A DNA stretch of 32,000 nucleotides. Source: Promethearchaeum syntrophicum. Its GTDB lineage: Archaea; Asgardarchaeota; Lokiarchaeia; Sigyniarchaeales; Promethearchaeaceae. Every line of letters begins with the position of its first letter. Within the stretch, counting starts at the first letter, position 1. The notes under the pieces were generated by a model, which saw only the letters and a list, made by a program, of their open reading frames with translations, made no database searches and had not been told where the DNA came from. Below, piece after piece: positions 9,304 to 18,830 of the stretch. A program made the position numbers and the translations under genes. Location of the stretch: NCBI RefSeq assembly GCF_008000775.2, contig NZ_CP042905.2, positions 3,000,001 to 3,032,000 on the forward strand. Reading direction: 5' to 3'.

Positions 9304-11364
9304 CTATAACGTAGTTAATCCGGAGGTATTTCCATCGTATTCTTCAGGGGTGTCTGCTCCTGATTGTGGATATGCAGCAAGTGCGTAATCAAATGCATTT
9401 TCCATAAATGTTGAAGGATTGCTGCCATAATGATTAATTAAAGTATATTCTAAGAAGAAATATGTCCACATTCCATTTTGTTGGGCGGAATAATCATAAC
9501 CATAACCACTGTCTGAACAAGTTGTAGTGCAATAAACAGCATTACTGTTAGGCATGGACATTAATTCAGGTCCAAATCCACCAGAATAACAATGATCAAT
9601 AAATACAAAAACACTTTCTGCAACGGCGTTATCTAAAATTCCAGCTACTTCAGTGTCATATAAATCACCATCTTCTCCACTTTCTCCAGAAGCACAATCC
9701 CATGCACATATATATGAAGATCCTGATCCATCACCTGAACCATGACCAGAAGTAATATATGCTACATCACCTTCTTGACTTGCTAGCCATTGCAAATAGT
9801 ATTTAATATTATATTCTGTAGCATATCCATCGTATTTTGGATAATTTGTGGTATGTCCATCACCTAAAACAATTACATTTTCACTTGAATAACCGCAAAC
9901 TTGTGTGAGATAATTGAACCAATCAGTTGCATCTTCATCACAATATGAAAGATCACTTATAGCTTTATAATCAGAAATTCCAACTATTAACGCGAATTTT
10001 CCCCCAGAACTTGGGATGTTATCAACGGTGACTGATATAGAATCTTCTTCATAGTTTCCTGCTTCATCATAAGCGCGAACAGTTATTGAATGAGAGCCTT
10101 CAGAAGCTGTTGTAGTGTCCCATGACCAAGAATAAGGAGCAGTTAAATCGTCAGTCCATGCACCAGCATCAATCTTATACTGTGTTTTTACTACCCCTAC
10201 ATTATCTGTTGCGGTTGCTGAAATAGAGATGGTATCTTGGACTGTTGCACCATTAGTTGGAGCCGTAATTGATACAACGGGTTTTTCATAGTCTCCACCA
10301 CTAATTGTGTAATAACCAACTGTTGCAGTATAGGCTGTGCTTGAAGCAGATGAAGTATACATTCTTACAGCAATATAATATGTTCCAGCTGTTGTAATGG
10401 TATATGAGCATGTTTCAGGATTAGACGTCGTATATCCTCTTGCTAAATAACTTGTATAATCTGGAGATTGGCAGATATAACAATCAATGTCATTAGAATT
10501 CCCCCATGAAACCGAAACATCCATGAGTCCAGGCTCTGCATTAACTTCGTAATAATCAACTTCATAACCGGCGACAGCACCTACAAAATCACGCGATACA
10601 TGAACGGGGTTACTTGGATTATTATTTACGTTTACAGAAATTGAATCATCAGCATAATTTCCTGCCGCATCATAAGCTCGAGCGTTAATTGTATGAGTCC
10701 CATCTGAAACAGCTGTACTATCCCAACTGAATCCATATGGACTAGTTGTATCATCAGTCCAGGCACCCCCATCAATGTTGCATTGAACTTTGGTTACCCC
10801 CACATTGTCATTCGCGTCAACAGCAATTGAAATGGTTCCACTTACTGTATCTAAATTATTTGGAGATGTAATTGAAACTGTTGGATCTACAGTATCTGAA
10901 CCACCATCATCGATATAATATTTTACAGAAAGTGTATAAGCGGTTGACGAAGCCCAACGACTATACATTCGAACGGCAATGTAATAAGTCCCCTCACTCT
11001 GAATATTATAGGAGCACGTTTCAGGATTATTCGTAGTATACCCCCTTGCTAAATAATTAGTATAATCGGGTGTTGGACAAATATAGCAATCAATATCATA
11101 ACTATTCCCCCAAGATACGGAAACTTCCATCAAACCTGGGACTACATTATCAATTTGAAAATAGTCGACTTCATATCTTGCTACAGCATCATTAAATACG
11201 TCAGTTACTTGAACTGCTCGAATGCCCATTTCACTATTAAGATTTTTACGCACAATTTCGTCTGAATCTACTGCTAAACTCTGATTTTGTGCCGTAAATA
11301 CAATAGTGGTGCTTATGAACATTATCAAAATAAATAATTTAAATCGTTTACTAAAGGATTTCAT
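9304..11364 (-). CDS. Secreted caspase-like (peptidase clan CD) protein with two PPC-like and two Ig-like (Big) modules; the called ORF extends to 11436 but Met25 at 11364 gives a better signal peptide
   Basis: Signal peptide MKSFSKRFKLFILIMFISTTIVF; FALIVGISDYKAISDLSYCDEDA, DVAYITSGHGSG (His) and FVFIDHCYSGGFG (Cys); two ...VSVSWGNSxDIDCYIC... modules and two SISITAP/IxxTATDNVGV modules. Confidence 0.85.
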   Translation of the reverse strand: MKSFSKRFKLFILIMFISTTIVFTAQNQSLAVDSDEIVRKNLNSEMGIRAVQVTDVFNDAVARYEVDYFQIDNVVPGLMEVSVSWGNSYDIDCYICPTPDYTNYLARGYTTNNPETCSYNIQSEGTYYIAVRMYSRWASSTAYTLSVKYYIDDGGSDTVDPTVSITSPNNLDTVSGTISIAVDANDNVGVTKVQCNIDGGAWTDDTTSPYGFSWDSTAVSDGTHTINARAYDAAGNYADDSISVNVNNNPSNPVHVSRDFVGAVAGYEVDYYEVNAEPGLMDVSVSWGNSNDIDCYICQSPDYTSYLARGYTTSNPETCSYTITTAGTYYIAVRMYTSSASSTAYTATVGYYTISGGDYEKPVVSITAPTNGATVQDTISISATATDNVGVVKTQYKIDAGAWTDDLTAPYSWSWDTTTASEGSHSITVRAYDEAGNYEEDSISVTVDNIPSSGGKFALIVGISDYKAISDLSYCDEDATDWFNYLTQVCGYSSENVIVLGDGHTTNYPKYDGYATEYNIKYYLQWLASQEGDVAYITSGHGSGDGSGSSYICAWDCASGESGEDGDLYDTEVAGILDNAVAESVFVFIDHCYSGGFGPELMSMPNSNAVYCTTTCSDSGYGYDYSAQQNGMWTYFFLEYTLINHYGSNPSTFMENAFDYALAAYPQSGADTPEEYDGNTSGLTTL

Positions 11365-11614
11365 AATATCATCTTCTAACAATTGGAAAAAACCCAATCC
11401 GAGATAATAAAATAAGATTTTGAAAGGTTTTTCCAATTGTTAAATATTTTAATAAATAGATTTATAAATTTATGGATCTTTTTTATATTAATATATAAAT
11501 ATTAAAAAAAAAATCCCACAAAATATAAAAAAAAAGGATTTTATTTTTTTCATTTAAAAGGAAAAAAATAATTTTTAAGTAGAATACCGACAAAATTAGA
11601 TTAGGGAAAAATTT

Positions 11615-12181
11615 ATGCGGAAAAATAAATTATTTTTGTGTTTGTTATTAGTAAGTATTCTCGGAATTTCGACATTCGGAAACGCTACTGCCTATAATAA
11701 TCGTAATGTTGAACTCTCTGATGAAGTTTACCTAATAGTTAGTGCCGAGTACCCTGAATCTGAAGATGATGGGCCGGAAGATCCACCTGAACTTTTACCT
11801 AATGACGAAATTATAGAATTTATAAATGCGACCTATTATGATATTGATGGTGACGGGTCTGAAGATGATGTCCTAACTGATTTCATTTTTAGAGTTCCTA
11901 CTGGAAACTTTGCATTTATGAGATGTGATATATATGTCGAATTAGAATTACCATCAACAACAACATTTTATGCCTATTTCAGATTTTTCGGAGCATTTAG
12001 TGAAGTTGCATTCTTCTTGGATTGGATTAATGTTGCAACTGAGGGTGGAGATTATATATTCACTGTTGTAATTGATTATGTTGGAACAGATATAACGGGA
12101 TATCCCTTATCAGGAATTATTTCAGATTTTATTGTGTTTGATCCACCAGTTAACGGTCCTATAGGTGGATTTCCTGGTTGA
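11615..12181 (+). CDS. Small secreted protein of unknown function
   Basis: 188 aa with N-terminal signal peptide (MRKNKLFLCLLLVSILGISTFGNATA) and acidic YYDIDGDGSEDDV stretch. Confidence 0.6.
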   Translation: MRKNKLFLCLLLVSILGISTFGNATAYNNRNVELSDEVYLIVSAEYPESEDDGPEDPPELLPNDEIIEFINATYYDIDGDGSEDDVLTDFIFRVPTGNFAFMRCDIYVELELPSTTTFYAYFRFFGAFSEVAFFLDWINVATEGGDYIFTVVIDYVGTDITGYPLSGIISDFIVFDPPVNGPIGGFPG

Positions 12182-12334
12182 ATATTATTTAATAATTTTT
12201 TTTTCTCCAAAATAGAAAAATGTTAGAGTAATCTAATACTCAATTAGATGATTGTTCGAGAATCTTAGTAATAAATAAATATTATTTTACTACTAATGTG
12301 TTAAATTCTTATCAAAAAAAAAAAAGATAAAAAA

Positions 12335-13522
12335 ATGACTTCAAATCGTACTTTTTCACCTCAAGAAATGAATGTTTTAATCGCTCTACAAGAAAAACCA
12401 AGTGCAACTTTGGAAGAATTAGCAAGAGTAACATCTTTTGGCACATCTCTTGTTTATAAAATCTTAAAAAGATTAACTGAAACTAAAATTCATGAAAAAC
12501 CCGCATTCAGCATTACTGCTCATCCAAATCAATTTGCTTTGGGTTTAGAAGTTATCGATGTAATTGTTAAGTGTAAGAACTTATCTCAAATTCAAATTAT
12601 GCACCAACTTTCAATAATCCATCCATATACAATTTATAGGGCAAAATGCTTTGGGGAAGTGAATGGTATTTTCTTTCAATTTAGAATTCCAATAGGGACA
12701 AAACAATTTATCGAGGCATTATTTTCAAGACTAAAAGAGAAAAAATATATTGAAAGTTACCAAATTCTTGAATTCGGTGCTAAAAATGTGATCTATACTA
12801 CCGTTAAATTAGAATCTTGGAATTTAGAACAATTATCCTGGAATTTTAATTGGAATAATTGGTTCCAAACAGAAATTGAACTTTCACAGAAAGATAAATC
12901 AATTCAGAAAAAATCCGAAAAAAATCTTCAAAATACAGTTCGGCACCCAGGATATATAAAAAAATGGTTTAAAAAGCGCGACGTTGCTATACTTAATGAA
13001 TGTGTAATTGATGCTAGAAGAAAAAATAAGGAAATTATGGATGTACTTGAGACGAAAAATCAAATTAATTTCTCACCCCAGTCTTTCAGTCGAAGATTTA
13101 TGAAAATCAAGGAAGAGTGTATTGATTTTTATAGGGTTTTCATTGATCCCAACGCTTTTCAACTAATTACTCCAGTGCTTATTCTAGGAAAAGGTGAAAA
13201 AATGGAAATTAAAAAATTAGTAATACGATTGCAGAAAGATCCCATTCCCTTTAATTCCGTTTTAAAATCGAAAAATTCTCATTTTTTCTGGTATTTACAT
13301 CTCCCTTCACTCTATCTTACACAAATATTACATAAATTACAAGCAATTTTAACTGAAATACAGTTTTTCTACATTGATGTGGGAACTGTCAAATCATGGG
13401 GAATGTGGCATGAAACATATGATAATGATAACCATGATTGGATTCATACCCATGAATTCATGGTGGATGATGTTTTAATTGGAATCTCGAAATTTGCTAA
13501 AGATAATATTGTAAAAGAATAA
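12335..13522 (+). CDS. Winged-HTH DNA-binding protein with large C-terminal region
   Basis: N-terminal FSPQEMNVLIALQEKPSATLEELARVTSFGTSLVYKILKRLTETKI resembles a MarR/Lrp-like wHTH. Confidence 0.6.
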   Translation: MTSNRTFSPQEMNVLIALQEKPSATLEELARVTSFGTSLVYKILKRLTETKIHEKPAFSITAHPNQFALGLEVIDVIVKCKNLSQIQIMHQLSIIHPYTIYRAKCFGEVNGIFFQFRIPIGTKQFIEALFSRLKEKKYIESYQILEFGAKNVIYTTVKLESWNLEQLSWNFNWNNWFQTEIELSQKDKSIQKKSEKNLQNTVRHPGYIKKWFKKRDVAILNECVIDARRKNKEIMDVLETKNQINFSPQSFSRRFMKIKEECIDFYRVFIDPNAFQLITPVLILGKGEKMEIKKLVIRLQKDPIPFNSVLKSKNSHFFWYLHLPSLYLTQILHKLQAILTEIQFFYIDVGTVKSWGMWHETYDNDNHDWIHTHEFMVDDVLIGISKFAKDNIVKE

Positions 13523-13572
13523 TCCAAAAAAAAAACAATAAAAATGGAAATTTATTGCGTTATATTTTATAT

Positions 13573-14076
13573 TTATTTTTCTAAATAATAGAGTATTTCT
13601 TCCTCTAAAGTATCCTTATATTCAGGATTTTCATCAATTTTCCCTAAACAATCTCCCGTTTTATTAAAAATATACATTGCTGGAATATGAAACATATCAA
13701 ATTTTAGATCTATGGCTTCTGGAGGACTTGGAGGTGAAATCCATATAGGTTTCCCTTTTTCACGTGCATATGGTGCTTTAACCTTAATATTTGATAAAAC
13801 TTCTACTTTGAAACGTTCATCTTTTACTGTATCATCAATTTTAGCAAGTTCAGGTAAGTTCTTTACGCAATCTTTGCACCATGAAGCACCAAAAGCAACT
13901 ATCGTAATTTTTTCAGCATTTTTATCTAAAAAATCTTTAATTTTATTAGTTTTTTCTAAATTAGGATGATATTTACGAAAATTTCCTTTGTAAAGTTCAT
14001 TAGATGCAATGTAATCCTTACTTGGAGTCGTTTTTGATTTTATATCAGATAATTTTAATTTTTCTTTGTCGAACAT
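13573..14076 (-). CDS. Thioredoxin-family protein
   Basis: FGASWCKDCVKNLPEL with WCxxC active-site motif, and HIPAMYIFNKTGDCLGKIDENP. Confidence 0.8.
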   Translation of the reverse strand: MFDKEKLKLSDIKSKTTPSKDYIASNELYKGNFRKYHPNLEKTNKIKDFLDKNAEKITIVAFGASWCKDCVKNLPELAKIDDTVKDERFKVEVLSNIKVKAPYAREKGKPIWISPPSPPEAIDLKFDMFHIPAMYIFNKTGDCLGKIDENPEYKDTLEEEILYYLEK

Positions 14077-14533
14077 AATTAAAAGTTAATTCCAACGAAT
14101 AAATTTTCACTGATTTTGATTCATAAGTTAAAAAGAGATTTTATTTATGTTTTGCAAGATTTTGCGCTTGGTTATTGGATTCTTTAAACGGGTTGAATTT
14201 CCTCAACCATCTCACAAAAGGGGAAACTTCTCTTAGATGCTGCATCCCGAACGAATTTCCTTCGATAGAAAGGAAAAATACAAATTGCCCGTTTGAAAAC
14301 ATTTTTACTATTATTAAGAGCACTTTTAAAAACATTTTTTTCTTTTGTGTTATGTGTTTCCATACTAGTTTTAATTTTAATGCTGTTTATAAATCCACAT
14401 AATATCACCATTATATCTGCAGAATTCTAAGGTTTATTCTGATAATTGGTTATAAAATTTGATTTTATCTTAGAATTTATTAAATCAAATTTAACATTCA
14501 AGCGAAAACTCTAAAATCAAGAGTAAAAAATAA

Positions 14534-14607
14534 TGCTTCGGGTCGGATTTGAACCAACGATGCCTGGATCTTCAGTCCAGTGCCTTCCCGAGCTAGGCCA
14601 CCGAAGC
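14534..14607 (-). tRNA. tRNA-Phe (anticodon GAA), no encoded CCA
   Basis: Minus strand GCTTCGGTGGCCTAGCTCGGGAAGGCACTGGACTGAAGATCCAGGCATCGTTGGTTCAAATCCGACCCGAAGCA folds as a full cloverleaf: acceptor GCTTCGG/CCGAAGC, D stem GCCT/AGGC, anticodon stem CTGGA/TCCAG with loop CTGAAGA, T stem GTTGG/CCGAC. Confidence 0.97.
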
Positions 14608-14848
14608 ATATTTGGGATTTATCCATTTACGTCAATTTTTAAAGATATAAAATGTTTAAGTTGACAGAAATGATTCAATCTTAAATTACCTAATTTTGCA
14701 TATTATTAAAGATTTTCTACAATCGTTCCAATTCGAATTAAAAGTTTTCTCTTTTTGCATATCTCTTCTTTCTTTCATCTTAATAGATCATTTCATGGAA
14801 ATAATGAGATAAGAAATAAAAAAAAAACAAAATTGAAATAATTAATTT

Positions 14849-16438
14849 TTATCGAGCTTTCTTTGCTTTATGAACCTCTTTTCCAGCATTTCTTAAAGCT
14901 TTTGGTAAAGCTTTCGTATATGCTTGTTGTTCTATTTTATTTTTTGCCTCAGTGGCTTCTTTAATTTTTGATATTATCATAGTTAATTCAGCTTTAGTTC
15001 CATCGGAAAGAAATTTCGCTTCTTTAACCAATATACTCTCGGCTCGTTTAATATTCAATTCTGTTATTCGGTTTTGTATTTTTCTCTCTTGGCGTTTTGC
15101 TTTCTGAACATTTCCAGTTATTGACATAGCAGTCGTTCCTTTTAATCCCATTTCTATAATCATTAATTGAATATTTCGATGCCCACCTAGTACTTCAATT
15201 AATCTTGATAAATTTTCTAGTCGATTAATGCTCGAATTGGAATTAAACTCACTGATAGAACCACGTCCACCCATTGTTTGAACTACTTCATATGCAGCTT
15301 GATTATAAAATTTACTAATTAAATATTTTCCTTGTGCTGCTTGAACGGCTACACTTCCTTCATCTGTTGGATTAGGTTTTTCCCCATGATGGATTTTGTT
15401 ACCCACCTTTTTATCATAAAAATCAGCAATCTGGAACGCAAAGGCTGTGTATGCTGCAGCTTTAGAATAAATATCGTCTAAAGTATGGCTGATTCCTTGA
15501 TTTTTAAATAAAGGTTTTCCAAATTGATGCCGAATTTGAGAGTAAATTACACCATGTGCAAGCGCACTCCAAATTCCTGCAATCCCCGCACCAATAATTG
15601 CTACTCGTTCGGGAGTAAGCCCACGGAATAATCGTTTATAACCTTCACCTGGTTTTGCTAACATTCGGTCTGCAGGAACAGTAACATTATCATATGTTAC
15701 TTTTCCAACACCAATGCCCTCCGCCCCCGGGATTCTTAAACGTTCTGTTTTTAATCCTTCATCTCCACGCTCGAATAAAGTGAGCATCATAGTCATTCGA
15801 GGATTTGAAATGTCAGTAACTCCATATGAGCTAAAATAATCAGCTACAGCACCATTTGTTGTATATATTTTGGTCCCATTGTAGGTAATCGAGCCATCAT
15901 CGCCAATATTGGCTTGCATTTTCATGTTTACCGCATCTGAGCCGTGATCAATTTCGGTAATCCCAATCCCACCAATAGATTGCCCGTTATATATTTTTTT
16001 TAATGCTTTTTCTTGAATCTCTGTTCGATTCGGATTATGAAATAAGGAATTTCCTACCAGGATAGAAGACGCGGTTGCTGCCATATCAGCTTCAGGGCTT
16101 AAGGATACATTACAGAGGTTAAGGAGCATTTGTCTTTTACATGACCCTTCATTGCCATCATAAGGGTTCATTCGCTGGAGTTGATAATTTTCACCCCATT
16201 TTGGAAAAAGGGCGTATGCATCTCCATTTTTATAGGCTTCATTTGAAAAAGAAACGAGTTTTACATTCTTTTCTTGGAAATCTGATACCATATCTCTTTC
16301 CTCCTTAGATAATATGGGAAATAGATTGGCGTTGATAAATGAATAACGATTTTTTAAGTTGAGTGCTTTCTCGTAATTTTTTTCTAAGAGATTAGTATAA
16401 AGTGCTTCATTAATGTTTAGTTTCAATTTTTTCACCAT
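14849..16438 (-). CDS. Acyl-CoA dehydrogenase family protein
   Basis: 529 aa; GGIGITEIDHGSDAVNMKMQA, YNGTKIYTTNGAVADYF, VPADRMLAKPGEGYKRLFRGLTPERVAI, HQFGKPLFKNQGISHTLDDIY. Confidence 0.85.
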   Translation of the reverse strand: MVKKLKLNINEALYTNLLEKNYEKALNLKNRYSFINANLFPILSKEERDMVSDFQEKNVKLVSFSNEAYKNGDAYALFPKWGENYQLQRMNPYDGNEGSCKRQMLLNLCNVSLSPEADMAATASSILVGNSLFHNPNRTEIQEKALKKIYNGQSIGGIGITEIDHGSDAVNMKMQANIGDDGSITYNGTKIYTTNGAVADYFSSYGVTDISNPRMTMMLTLFERGDEGLKTERLRIPGAEGIGVGKVTYDNVTVPADRMLAKPGEGYKRLFRGLTPERVAIIGAGIAGIWSALAHGVIYSQIRHQFGKPLFKNQGISHTLDDIYSKAAAYTAFAFQIADFYDKKVGNKIHHGEKPNPTDEGSVAVQAAQGKYLISKFYNQAAYEVVQTMGGRGSISEFNSNSSINRLENLSRLIEVLGGHRNIQLMIIEMGLKGTTAMSITGNVQKAKRQERKIQNRITELNIKRAESILVKEAKFLSDGTKAELTMIISKIKEATEAKNKIEQQAYTKALPKALRNAGKEVHKAKKAR

Positions 16439-16862
16439 GGTTTTCTTTGATTATTCTATAATCAAATTTACCCAAATTTTTCTTTCTTTTTGACAATTTA
16501 AATGATTTGCTAAAAATTCTATGAAGAATGTGAATTAATCAAGTAAGGATTATTCTTCAGAATTTTTTTATTGATTTTTTACAAAATTAGGATCTTTCTT
16601 GAAGTGAATTTGTTCTTATGAAAATTCAGGGATAATGGTAAGGAAATCTTCCACTAGCTTATTGGTTCGCATCTTTGGGAAAAAAACCCTTCTCTTTAGT
16701 TTTTATGTGCCTTCTTTTCATTTTTCTTTTCACCTTTTTTTTAGGATATTAATTTCTGTTTGAAAAAAATTTTTAATTTTTAATGAAATAACTGTTTTCC
16801 GGTTCTGATAAATAAACATTCTTTTCATTGTCAAGTTTCATTTTTGGGTGTGCCATATTTTT

Positions 16863-16955
16863 CTATTCTCCTGGTTCTTGTTTGAATATTTCTTGCAAGT
16901 AATAATCATTCTTTATTCGTTCAGATCTCGAAGTTTTCTTTTTTTCATTATTCAT
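16863..16955 (-). CDS. Candidate 30-aa small protein MNNEKKKTSRSERIKNDYYLQEIFKQEPGE
   Basis: Complete ORF with ATG at 16955-16953 preceded on the minus strand by a Shine-Dalgarno-like AGGTGAG (TTTAGGTGAGAAACAATG). Confidence 0.35.
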   Translation of the reverse strand: MNNEKKKTSRSERIKNDYYLQEIFKQEPGE

Positions 16956-16989
16956 TGTTTCTCACCTAAATTTCGTAGTTTATTTTCTA

Positions 16990-17034
16990 TTCGAATTTTA
17001 AAATAAATCGAATATTCGAAAATAAACGTTCGAA
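16990..17034. promoter_or_regulatory. Cluster of TTCGAA-type palindromes, candidate regulator binding region
   Basis: TTCGAA at 16990-16995, perfect 12-bp palindrome TCGAATATTCGA at 17008-17019, and AACGTTCGAA at 17025-17034, between divergent small ORF and wHTH gene. Confidence 0.4.
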
Positions 17035-17142
17035 ATTAATATACTAAAACGAATATAAATATTTAAATGTATCCAACCTCTAATCTATTTAGGAGAAAAT
17101 ATATTATTAAAATATAGACTAAATTCAAAAAGTGATATACTC

Positions 17143-17868
17143 GTGAGTGTTAAAAGCAAAATCAAAGAAAATACCGACAAAAAGAAAAGAAAAAAGGACG
17201 ATCTCTTTAAATCTCAAATTAACTATCAATTGTGGGGTTTATTTTCAATGTATAAACGATTATCTTTAAGTGAACTCTCAGACAAACTGAAAAAATCGAA
17301 ATCTACAATTCACCCTTATATAAAAGATTATTTAGAAAGAGATATAATTGAAGTGAAAGAAGAGAAACAAGTACGTGGCAATATCAAGGCTAAAATTTAT
17401 GGGTTTAAAAAAGGATACCATGAAAGAATTTTTTCCTGCTCCAATGATAAAAATTGCTTAGAGAAAAAAGAATTCGATAAAGAGTTTGGGAATAAAATAG
17501 TTCGAGAAAATATTATGAAAACAAAATTGTATATTAAAAATTTAGAAACTCAACTTAAATTCTTTGAAAAAATCCTAAATTCAGGAATTAATGGCCCGGA
17601 TGAGCGTGCGTTAAATATTCTTAAAGAAATTTATGAGTTAGACCCAGCAAAAAATTCAATGTTCAAAAAGAAAAGTGTTTATAGTATCGTCGCTTACAAT
17701 AGCAAGGATTCTCACCATCTATTACATCAAATGATGAATGAGCTGGTAATAAAATTCAATGAGGCAACAGCTGGGGAAGAAGACGAATTCCCGGATCTTG
17801 AAAAGCCGTATTATTTCTTATCCTTTGGCATGCCTCTTAAAAAGATGATGGAATATCTGAAATCTTAA
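17143..17868 (+). CDS. ArsR/wHTH-like transcriptional regulator (GTG start)
   Basis: INYQLWGLFSMYKRLSLSELSDKLKKSKSTIHPYIKDYLERDIIEVKEE resembles an HTH, followed by a coiled-coil-like region. Confidence 0.6.
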   Translation: MSVKSKIKENTDKKKRKKDDLFKSQINYQLWGLFSMYKRLSLSELSDKLKKSKSTIHPYIKDYLERDIIEVKEEKQVRGNIKAKIYGFKKGYHERIFSCSNDKNCLEKKEFDKEFGNKIVRENIMKTKLYIKNLETQLKFFEKILNSGINGPDERALNILKEIYELDPAKNSMFKKKSVYSIVAYNSKDSHHLLHQMMNELVIKFNEATAGEEDEFPDLEKPYYFLSFGMPLKKMMEYLKS

Positions 17869-17954
17869 TTAAAAATCTTCCATGTAATTCTTTCTTTTTT
17901 TTATTTTCTTCAAATTCTTCATTAATAATAGTTGAAAAAATAATAATACCGCTT

Positions 17955-18698
17955 CTATACGAATATTCTCACTAAATAACCCCCACCAGTCTCTTCTTTC
18001 ATCACAATCTCATATTTCATTTTCGATTCTAATACAATTTTTGCAAGTGAATCTGGATCTACATGAAGTATTTTAAAATAATTGCCTTTTAATCCTTTAT
18101 ATTCCATCTGTAAGCGAATTTCTCCAAGATAACTCCCCTCCTCTTGATTTTTCTTCTGATACGCCAGATGAATAGGTTTTGTAGTAACACGTAGATCTGA
18201 GCTATCAAAGATAATATTACCATTTTGGTTTAATTGAGATTTGCAGTGCATTAAGAATTTCTTTAGCCCATTTAAATTTTCAACAAATCCGATGGAACGT
18301 CCTAAAAGGAGAATGGTATCAAAATTTTCTTTATGCAAATCACAAAAATCGTAATAGGACATACATTCAACATTTTTTAACCCCCTTTCCTTCATGATAT
18401 CACATGCATGGGTCGAAATATCAATAGAATGTACCTTTAATCCCCTTTTTTGAAGTTCTAGGCTATGAGGTCCGACCCCAGCTCCAATATCCAGGGTTTT
18501 ACCTTTACATAATTTTAGTGCTTCTTTCTCAAATAATGAAAAATCTGAAGGGTTTCGAAAATAATATTCCACTGGATGCTTATCTTTTGATCCATCATCC
18601 CGATTCATAAATAAATCTCCAACTTCTTTACCCAGAAAATAATCCGCTAGAGCTAACCCAAAAGGTTCCATCGCTTTAATTAATGAATTTTTCTGCAT
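17955..18698 (-). CDS. SAM-dependent class I methyltransferase
   Basis: Motif I TLDIGAGVGPHSLELQKRGLKVHSIDIS and DTILLLGRSIGFVENLNGLKKFLMHCKSQLNQNG. Confidence 0.85.
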   Translation of the reverse strand: MQKNSLIKAMEPFGLALADYFLGKEVGDLFMNRDDGSKDKHPVEYYFRNPSDFSLFEKEALKLCKGKTLDIGAGVGPHSLELQKRGLKVHSIDISTHACDIMKERGLKNVECMSYYDFCDLHKENFDTILLLGRSIGFVENLNGLKKFLMHCKSQLNQNGNIIFDSSDLRVTTKPIHLAYQKKNQEEGSYLGEIRLQMEYKGLKGNYFKILHVDPDSLAKIVLESKMKYEIVMKEETGGGYLVRIFV

Positions 18699-18830
18699 GC
18701 TAATAAAGAATTATACTGACATTATTAATTTACTCAATTTTTGTTAATTTTGTCTATATTTGTAATTTCTTACCGAAAATGTTATTAACTAAAGAAAAAA
18801 CAATTAAGCCTCTACAAAAAAGATATTAAT

